NCBI GenBank assembly: GCA_035420085.1
Contig: DAOLUH010000022.1
Span: 7,930-71,929, forward strand
DNA length: 64,000 nt
Source of the DNA: Anaerolineae bacterium
GTDB lineage: Bacteria > Chloroflexota > Anaerolineae > B4-G1 > SLSP01
Direction of reading: 5' to 3'
The position numbers and the translations under genes were made by a program. The notes beneath the pieces are model-generated. The model did no database searches. It had not been told where the DNA came from and worked only from the letters and a program-made list of their open reading frames with translations. This document shows, piece by piece, positions 43,821 to 50,172 of the stretch. Within the stretch, counting starts at the first letter, position 1; each line of letters opens with the position of its first letter.

Positions 43821-44681
43821 ATGCCAGACTACAAGATAGCGTTGATTACAGACAGCACATGCGATATTCCACAGGCTTTGCGGGAACAGTACGCGATCAA
43901 CGTCGCGCCACTGTCGATCATCTGGGGGCACGAGCAGTTACGCGAGGGTGTGGACATCCAGCCGGATGAATTCTACGCGCGGCTGGTCGCCGATCCGACC
44001 TACCCGACGACTTCCCAGCCCACGCCGCAGGATTTCCTGCACCTCTACCAGCAAGCGCAGCATGATGGCGCACAGGAAATCGTCGCCATCACCATCAGCA
44101 GCGCGATGAGCGGGACTTACGAATCGGCGCGGCTGGCCTCGACGATGATCGACACGCCCGTCCATCTCGTCGATTCCAAGTCAAACTCGATGAGCCTGGG
44201 CTGGCAAGTGCTGGCAGCGGCGCGGGCGCGCGAAGCTGGCGGGGACGTCGGGGCGATGGTCGCCGCTGCCGATGCAGCCCGCAAGAGCATGGTCTACATC
44301 ATCACGCTGGATACGCTGGAATACTTGCGCAAGGGCGGTCGCATCGGCGGCGCGAGCGCGTTTATCGGCACGTTGCTCAACTTCAAGCCGCAAATTTTGG
44401 TCAACCACCAGACCGGCATGGTGGAAGCCGGACGGCGCACGCGGACCCGTCAGAAAGCGATCCAGGCGCTATACGATGACTTCTTCGCGCAACTCGACAC
44501 CCGCAAGAAGATGCACATTGCTGTGCTGCACAACGCCGCGCTGCCGGAGGCCGAAGCGATGGCCGCGCGCGTGCAGGTCGAGTTCGCCCCGGCAGAGTTG
44601 ATCATCAGCATCGTCTCGCCCGTGCTCGGCGTCCACACCGGGCCGCGCGCCATCGCGTTGTGCGGTTACACGGACAACTAA
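43821..44681 (+). CDS. degV: DegV-family fatty-acid-binding protein
   Basis: IALITDSTCDIP, TSQPTPQDF and LDTLEYLRKGGRIG. Confidence 0.85.
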   Translation: MPDYKIALITDSTCDIPQALREQYAINVAPLSIIWGHEQLREGVDIQPDEFYARLVADPTYPTTSQPTPQDFLHLYQQAQHDGAQEIVAITISSAMSGTYESARLASTMIDTPVHLVDSKSNSMSLGWQVLAAARAREAGGDVGAMVAAADAARKSMVYIITLDTLEYLRKGGRIGGASAFIGTLLNFKPQILVNHQTGMVEAGRRTRTRQKAIQALYDDFFAQLDTRKKMHIAVLHNAALPEAEAMAARVQVEFAPAELIISIVSPVLGVHTGPRAIALCGYTDN

Positions 44682-45382
44682 TGGCCTCTCTGGAAACGAC
44701 ATCTGCGCTGCGGTGGGCATGGCTGCGCGGTGTGACCCGGGCCACGCCGATTGTAATGGGTTACGTTCCCATCGGCTTCGCGTATGGCGTACTCGCGCAG
44801 CAGGCGGGCCTTTCAATCCTGAACACCGTGCTGATGTCGCTGCTGGTGTACGCGGGGTCGGCGCAGTTGATCGCGGTGGGGCTGTTTGCGACCGGCGCGC
44901 CGGCCCTGTCGCTCATCCTGACGACGTTTGTGGTGAATCTGCGCCACCTGCTGATGTCGGCGGCGCTGTCGCCATATATGCAGCACTGGCGCAAAGGCGA
45001 GCTGGCCGCTTTCGCCTACGAGCTGACCGACGAGAGTTTCGCCGTCCACATCGCGCAGTTTGCCGAAAGCGCGTCGCCCAAAGCCGAAGTCTTCGCCGTC
45101 AACGTCACCGCGCAGCTCTCGTGGATCCTGGGATCGTGGCTCGGCGCAGTCGCCGGACAGTTGATCGCCGACGTGAAGCCGTTGGCGCTGGACTACGCCC
45201 TGCCGGCGATGTTCATCGCGCTGCTGGTGATGCAGATCAAGGACAAGCGGCACATCATCGTCGCCGCCGCCACCGGCCTGCTTGCCGTTGTGTTGGCTCT
45301 GGGCGGATTGGGACACTGGGCCGTCATCATCGCCGCACTTATCGGCGCAACGCTCGGCGTGGTGCTGGAGATTGGGGATTAG
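44681..45382 (+). CDS. azlC: AzlC-family branched-chain amino acid exporter subunit
   Basis: Start MASLETT (TAATG overlap with the degV stop). GYVPIGFAYGVLAQQAGLS. 233 aa. Confidence 0.8.
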   Translation: MASLETTSALRWAWLRGVTRATPIVMGYVPIGFAYGVLAQQAGLSILNTVLMSLLVYAGSAQLIAVGLFATGAPALSLILTTFVVNLRHLLMSAALSPYMQHWRKGELAAFAYELTDESFAVHIAQFAESASPKAEVFAVNVTAQLSWILGSWLGAVAGQLIADVKPLALDYALPAMFIALLVMQIKDKRHIIVAAATGLLAVVLALGGLGHWAVIIAALIGATLGVVLEIGD

Positions 45383-45446
45383 GGATTAGGGATTAGGGAT
45401 TGGGGATTGGGGAATGGGAATTCGCTGATTCGCTCATTCGCTGATT
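45370..45446. repeat. GATTGGG/GATTAGG x3/GATTGGG x2/GAATGGG heptamers, then AATTCGCT/GATTCGCT/CATTCGCT octamers; fills the whole azlC-azlD spacer
   Basis: Read directly. Covers the azlC stop (45380-45382) and ends at the azlD ATG (45447). Confidence 0.85.
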
Positions 45447-45773
45447 ATGTTAGACCAAAACGCAATTCTGCTCACAATGCTTGGGATGCTCGTCGTGACG
45501 TACATCCCGCGCCTGCTGCCGGTGTGGGTGTTGACGTCGAAGCCGCTACCGCCGCTGGCAGTCGCGTGGCTGCGCTACGTGCCCGTCGCGGTGCTGGCGG
45601 CGCTGCTCTTGCCGGCGCTCGTCGTCACAGAGAACCGGCTCGACGTGAGCCTCGGCAACCTCTTCCTGTGGGCCGCCATCCCCACATTCGTCGTCGCGTG
45701 GAAGACGCGCAGCCTGTTTGGCCCGGTCATCGTGGGGATGGGGATCGTCGCAGCGGTCCGTTTCATAATGTAA
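45447..45773 (+). CDS. azlD: AzlD-family membrane protein
   Basis: 108 aa. LLTMLGMLVVTYIPRLLPVWVL. Confidence 0.8.
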   Translation: MLDQNAILLTMLGMLVVTYIPRLLPVWVLTSKPLPPLAVAWLRYVPVAVLAALLLPALVVTENRLDVSLGNLFLWAAIPTFVVAWKTRSLFGPVIVGMGIVAAVRFIM

Positions 45774-45788
45774 CCAGGAGACTGAAAA

Positions 45789-47090
45789 ATGAAGAACAAG
45801 TTAAGCGCCATTGTCATCATTACAGTCGCCATGATCGGCCTTGCGCTGAACGCGCCAGCGCCGCATACCATTGACGCGCGCGCAGGCGTTCCGGCGCATA
45901 GCGATGTCATCACGTCCACGGTCGCGCCGCGCAACGTCATCCTCTTCATCGGGGATGGGATGGGACCGGAACATGTGCGCGCCGCCGGGATGTATCTGAA
46001 TGGCAGCGCGGGGACGCTGGTGATGGAATCGTTCCCCTACTCCAGCACGATGACCACTTATTCAGCCGACAACGCCATCACCGATTCGGCGGCAGGAGCG
46101 ACAGCGATGGCGACAGGGCACAAGGTCGCCAACGGCGTGCTTTCCGTCGCCTGGCCCGGCGACGAGAGCGAACTCGAAACGCTGGTCGAACGGTTTCATA
46201 CCTATTGCAAGCGCGCCGGACTGGTCACCACGACGCCAGCCACCCACGCCACACCCGCGGCCTTCGGCGCGCACGAATTTTCCCGCACCTATTACAACAA
46301 CATCGCCAATGATTACCTGACGCAGACCCGCCCCGACGTGATCTTCGGCGGTGGGGGCTATGGCCTGAATCCGTCCAACGCCACCCTCGCCGGCTACACG
46401 GTGATCCTGGATCGTGCCGGTATGCAGGCGCTCACGCCGCCGTTTACGGAGCGGGTGTCCGGACAATTCGGCCTCACCAATCTGCCCTACGAGTATGATT
46501 ATGTCATGGGGCTGGATCCAGGCTACACCACTCTACCCCACCTCTCAGAAATGGTCAGCACGGCGCTCAAGCTTCTCGAAAACACGCCTAACGGCTTCTT
46601 CCTGATGGTGGAAGGCGGGCGCATTGACCACGCCGGGCACGCCAACGACATCGCGCGCGACGTCTTCGAGGTGCTCGAATTCGATCATGCTGTCGAAATC
46701 GCCTACACGTGGGCTATGTCGCGCACGGATACGCTCATCATCGTCACGGCGGATCACGAAACCGGCGGGCTGCAGGTCATCGCCAATAACGGCGTGGGGC
46801 AATTCCCCACCGTCACGTGGACCTCGACCGCACACACTGCCGCTGCCGTCCCCGTTTACGCCTGGGGTGTGAACGCCGACCTGGCGACGCAAGTAGCCGA
46901 TAACACGGACATTCACCAGTTGGCGTTGGCGGGCCTGACCGGGACGCCACAATGCACCCCCAGTGCAACGCGCCTCGTGACCTTCCGCAGCCGTACCCGG
47001 CAGATCGGGCGACTCATCCTCGTTGGCATTACCGTCAGCGTCGGCCTGTATTCCCTTTTAGAAGCGCATCCACAACCCATAGCGCGTTAA
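45789..47090 (+). CDS. Alkaline phosphatase (PhoA family) with C-terminal TM anchor
   Basis: ILFIGDGMGPEH, TDSAAGATAMATGHK and VEGGRIDHAGHAND. Confidence 0.85.
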   Translation: MKNKLSAIVIITVAMIGLALNAPAPHTIDARAGVPAHSDVITSTVAPRNVILFIGDGMGPEHVRAAGMYLNGSAGTLVMESFPYSSTMTTYSADNAITDSAAGATAMATGHKVANGVLSVAWPGDESELETLVERFHTYCKRAGLVTTTPATHATPAAFGAHEFSRTYYNNIANDYLTQTRPDVIFGGGGYGLNPSNATLAGYTVILDRAGMQALTPPFTERVSGQFGLTNLPYEYDYVMGLDPGYTTLPHLSEMVSTALKLLENTPNGFFLMVEGGRIDHAGHANDIARDVFEVLEFDHAVEIAYTWAMSRTDTLIIVTADHETGGLQVIANNGVGQFPTVTWTSTAHTAAAVPVYAWGVNADLATQVADNTDIHQLALAGLTGTPQCTPSATRLVTFRSRTRQIGRLILVGITVSVGLYSLLEAHPQPIAR

Positions 47091-47117
47091 AACGTTGGAA
47101 CGTTCAAACGTTCAAAC
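47091..47117. repeat. Octamer array AACGTTGG/AACGTTCA/AACGTTCA starting right after the phosphatase stop
   Basis: Shares the 19-mer ACGTTGGAACGTTCAAACG with 29555-29573. Confidence 0.8.
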
Positions 47118-47120
47118 AAT

Positions 47121-48026
47121 TTGTTCCCAAGGAAACCCAATTTGTCTATTCACTACGGCACCCATTGTTACCTGTTTACCGACAGTTGGTCAAACGACCG
47201 GCTGCCCATTTTGGACACGGCCAAAGCGGTCGGGCTGGACGTGTTCGAGGTCGTCGTCGGCGACGACGTGACGTACACACCGCGCCTCACTCGGCAACGC
47301 GCGGAAAGCCTGGGACTGACGCTCACCGTCAGTCCTGGCGGCGCATGGCCGGTGGCGTGCGACCTTTCCGCCGACGATCCAGCGGACCGCGCGCGGGGAC
47401 TGGCGTGGCACCAGCGCCAGGTCGATATCGCCGCCGAACTCGGTGCGGTGGCTTACACCGGCGCGCTCTACGGCCATCCGGGGACGGTACTCCGCCGTCT
47501 CCCGCCCGCCGACGAATTCCCGCGCACTGCTGAGGGTCTGCGCGCGCTGGCCGAATACGGCGCGCAGCGCAATGTCGCCATCGTCATCGAACCGATGAGC
47601 CACTTCCGCACGCATCTGGTCAACACGCCGGAGCAAGCAATGCGCCTCATCGCGCTGGCTGACCATCCCAACCTGCGCGTGCTGCTCGATACCTACCACC
47701 TCATCACCGAAATCCGTGACTATGCGAAAGCGATCCATACTGTCGCGCCGAGACTGTGGGGCCTGCACGCTTGCGAGAGCGACCGGGGCGTGCCCGGCGG
47801 CGGTCTCGTGCCGTGGGATGCGGTCTTTGCCGCGCTCAAGGCCATCGCTTTCGAGGGCTACGTACTGCTGGAGACTTACAACTCGTCCATCGGTGATCCG
47901 CCCGGCGCGTTCGCTGTCCAACGAGGGATGTTTCACGATCCGTGCCCGGATGGGGAGGCGTTCGTGCGGCAAGGAATCGCATTTTTGAAGGCGGGGATGA
48001 GCAATAAAAACCCTTGCGAAGGTTAG
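47121..48026 (+). CDS. Sugar phosphate isomerase/epimerase (xylose-isomerase-like TIM barrel; ketose 3-epimerase-like)
   Basis: IEPMSHFRTHLVNTPEQAM..LLDTYHL, CESDRGVPGGG. The start is uncertain (TTG at 47121 or TTG at 47142 after AAGGA). Confidence 0.75.
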   Translation: MFPRKPNLSIHYGTHCYLFTDSWSNDRLPILDTAKAVGLDVFEVVVGDDVTYTPRLTRQRAESLGLTLTVSPGGAWPVACDLSADDPADRARGLAWHQRQVDIAAELGAVAYTGALYGHPGTVLRRLPPADEFPRTAEGLRALAEYGAQRNVAIVIEPMSHFRTHLVNTPEQAMRLIALADHPNLRVLLDTYHLITEIRDYAKAIHTVAPRLWGLHACESDRGVPGGGLVPWDAVFAALKAIAFEGYVLLETYNSSIGDPPGAFAVQRGMFHDPCPDGEAFVRQGIAFLKAGMSNKNPCEG

Positions 48027-48042
48027 GAAACCTTCGCAAGGG
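48011..48042 (+). terminator. Perfect 14-bp hairpin CCCTTGCGAAGGTT-AGGA-AACCTTCGCAAGGG. The left arm encodes the last five codons and the stop spans the arm/loop junction.
   Basis: Read directly. Related copies at 57458-57482 and 61188-61235. Confidence 0.6.
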
Positions 48043-48055
48043 TGGCGATATTCGT

Positions 48056-48083
48056 TTGACGTTTGCCGGATTCTGCCTATCAT
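48056..48083 (+). promoter_or_regulatory. Candidate promoter TTGACG, 16 nt, TATCAT upstream of the defence islet; the -35 lies in a CGTTTGA heptamer pair
   Basis: -35 at 48056-48061 and -10 at 48078-48083. The ATG at 48127 is preceded by GAGGAAAGAGG. Confidence 0.3.
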
Positions 48084-48126
48084 AACTCTGTTTCATTCGT
48101 TCAATCCGTTGAGGAAAGAGGTCGCT

Positions 48127-48495
48127 ATGGCTGAAACCCGCGCACTCCAGAATGTTCAACAAATAGAGACATTAGTCAGCATCATTGCCCAAACGGCTGA
48201 TCCAGAACAAGTGATCCTGTTTGGTTCACAGGCCAGCGGTGCTGCACACGCAGATAGCGATTATGACTTTATGGTCGTCATGCGCGACGTAGAAAACGAG
48301 CGGCTGATTTCACGCCGCATCTACCACGCTTTGCTAGAACGGCACATTGGCGTTGCGGTAGATATTATCGTGGTCGATGCCGAAAAACTCACCAAGCGCC
48401 GGTATACTCCGGGCCTGATCTACCGGCGCGCACTGCAAGAAGGCAAGGTATGCTATGACCGAACAACCTGGCGATTATTTCCCGGTCAGCGATGA
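48127..48495 (+). CDS. MNT-type nucleotidyltransferase (antitoxin-like component of HEPN/MNT modules)
   Basis: ILFGSQASGAAHADSDYDFMVV (GSxxxG..DxD). About 122 aa from MAETRAL. Confidence 0.75.
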   Translation: MAETRALQNVQQIETLVSIIAQTADPEQVILFGSQASGAAHADSDYDFMVVMRDVENERLISRRIYHALLERHIGVAVDIIVVDAEKLTKRRYTPGLIYRRALQEGKVCYDRTTWRLFPGQR

Positions 48496-48568
48496 AGAGT
48501 ATGAACGAGCGGTTGAGTTGGCTGCGCGCGCGGTCGAGTGGGTGGCAGCACAGCTCACAATGAAATAA
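48455..48568 (+). pseudogene. 37-codon ORF overlapping the NTase 3' end; possible remnant of the cognate HEPN gene (C-terminal helix only)
   Basis: MTEQPGDYFPVSDEEYERAVELAARAVEWVAAQLTMK. It sits where a HEPN gene would be, but is far too short and has no Rx4-6H motif. Confidence 0.2.
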
Positions 48569-48608
48569 AGCCAGTTCTCTAAAGGCACAAACCTTAAAGA
48601 TCTGTCTC

Positions 48609-50168
48609 ATGAACGTAGTTTACACAAGTCTGCTCGAACAGTTCAGCAAGGCCAAAACCTATCCCATTCCAGTTGATATGCAGCAAGTTTTTGCACCGGC
48701 CAGTCGCTGTCTTCTGGAATGGGAAGATTACTGGGTTGAGATACCTGAGGCAGATACACTCCGTGTTGGTACAATGTGGTATACCCCGAAATTGGGACAT
48801 TACTTCAATGTGTGCTTTGAGAACCAGCTAGGGTTGACCGAAATCCAACCTTATGCAAGAGGTTATGCGCTTTGTCCCCCGCTGCACGTTGAAGTCATAT
48901 CCCCAAAATTCGCCACCACTGCGTTACACTTGAATTTTTACCAGGGTTTGCTAGAAGACCTCTTTATTCGCGCGACTCGGCTGCCCTTCACGATTCAAGC
49001 GGAAACCCAGCGCGGCGTGACCGAATCCTTACGCCCGCCCACGCCGCTCTTTATGCTGCACTTTCTCTGTCAGTACGCGATGCAACTGCGAGATGCCCTC
49101 GCGTTGATACAGTTTGCCCCTCACCGTAACCTGATCGAATTTGCCGAGCGAGTCCCGTTAGCGATGGCGGTGGAAGCGGACGCCGACGTGCTGTTAAGCA
49201 TTGTCGCCGCGACGGAAGAATGGCAACCCACAGAACAACGTCTACCGCTAGTATCCAGGTTACAAGGACACGCCCCCGCGCACGTCTGGCAACGACGTTC
49301 CGAAGAGACCTGCAATACACCGGAAAACCGTTTCGTGCTGCATTTCCTGCGCCAGTTACTTGTCGCGGCAGAGAGTCTACCACGCCAACTCTGGTGGAAA
49401 AACGTTCCACCCAAGCGCCAGCGGCTCGTACTCGAAAGCATCAGTCTGGTGCGCCAAACTATCGAACATCCTATGTTCGACGAAGTCGAAGCCATGCACA
49501 TCCTGCCCTTAACGTCACAGGTATTGCTGCGGCGCGATGGCTACCGCGAGATGCTGGAACTATGGCAGCAATTCCAGCGCGCGCGTCGCCCGCTCTTCGG
49601 CGCATTGGCCCATGCTATCGAAGTGCGCGATGTGGCAACGCTTTACGAGATATGGGCCTTCTTCGCCCTGATCGAAGAGATTGCCGTGATTGTCAAAGAA
49701 TCACCCACAGTAGCTATAACGATTTCAACCGAGCAAGGCGTAGAATACGGCGCAAAGGCGCACTTTGGCCGCGCCGGCGCGTTGGTGTACAATCGCGGAT
49801 TCAGTTACCCCACTTCCTATTCCGTACCCTTGCGCCCTGATTTCACCTGGATGCGCGATGGCAAACCCGAGGTGGTGCTGGACGCCAAGTTCCGTCTGGA
49901 ACACTTACCGGGGGCCGATGAAGAGGACATAGAAGTGACAACAACGCCAGGAGCTACCGCCAAGCGCGCTGATTTATACAAGATGCATACCTACCGGGAT
50001 GCGTTGGGCGTGCGGAGCGCAATAGCGGTTTATCCTGGTGATCAGACCGTGTTTTACGGCTATCAACGCAGGCATATAACCAATATGATGCTACCTGAGA
50101 TTTTTCTAGAGAATCTTCCCGGTATCGGTGCCTTGCCGATGAGACCCAGTGATAGTGGAGGTAGATAA
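48609..50168 (+). CDS. McrC-like PD-(D/E)xK nuclease with DUF2357-type N-terminal region
   Basis: NTPENRFVLHFLRQL. RPDFTW..VVLDAKFR..ADLYKMHTYRDAL at the C-terminus. Lies 4 nt upstream of the McrB-like gene. Confidence 0.75.
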   Translation: MNVVYTSLLEQFSKAKTYPIPVDMQQVFAPASRCLLEWEDYWVEIPEADTLRVGTMWYTPKLGHYFNVCFENQLGLTEIQPYARGYALCPPLHVEVISPKFATTALHLNFYQGLLEDLFIRATRLPFTIQAETQRGVTESLRPPTPLFMLHFLCQYAMQLRDALALIQFAPHRNLIEFAERVPLAMAVEADADVLLSIVAATEEWQPTEQRLPLVSRLQGHAPAHVWQRRSEETCNTPENRFVLHFLRQLLVAAESLPRQLWWKNVPPKRQRLVLESISLVRQTIEHPMFDEVEAMHILPLTSQVLLRRDGYREMLELWQQFQRARRPLFGALAHAIEVRDVATLYEIWAFFALIEEIAVIVKESPTVAITISTEQGVEYGAKAHFGRAGALVYNRGFSYPTSYSVPLRPDFTWMRDGKPEVVLDAKFRLEHLPGADEEDIEVTTTPGATAKRADLYKMHTYRDALGVRSAIAVYPGDQTVFYGYQRRHITNMMLPEIFLENLPGIGALPMRPSDSGGR

Positions 50169-50172
50169 GATT

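Noticed and set aside
7516-47117. Whether the tandem arrays are CRISPR arrays
   Set aside because: Units are 7-9 nt and directly abutting with no unique spacers. Arrays are under 170 nt and no cas genes are present.
47190-48083. 297-aa ORF antisense to the sugar epimerase gene
   Set aside because: No family signature. The + strand shows xylose-isomerase-like TIM-barrel motifs.
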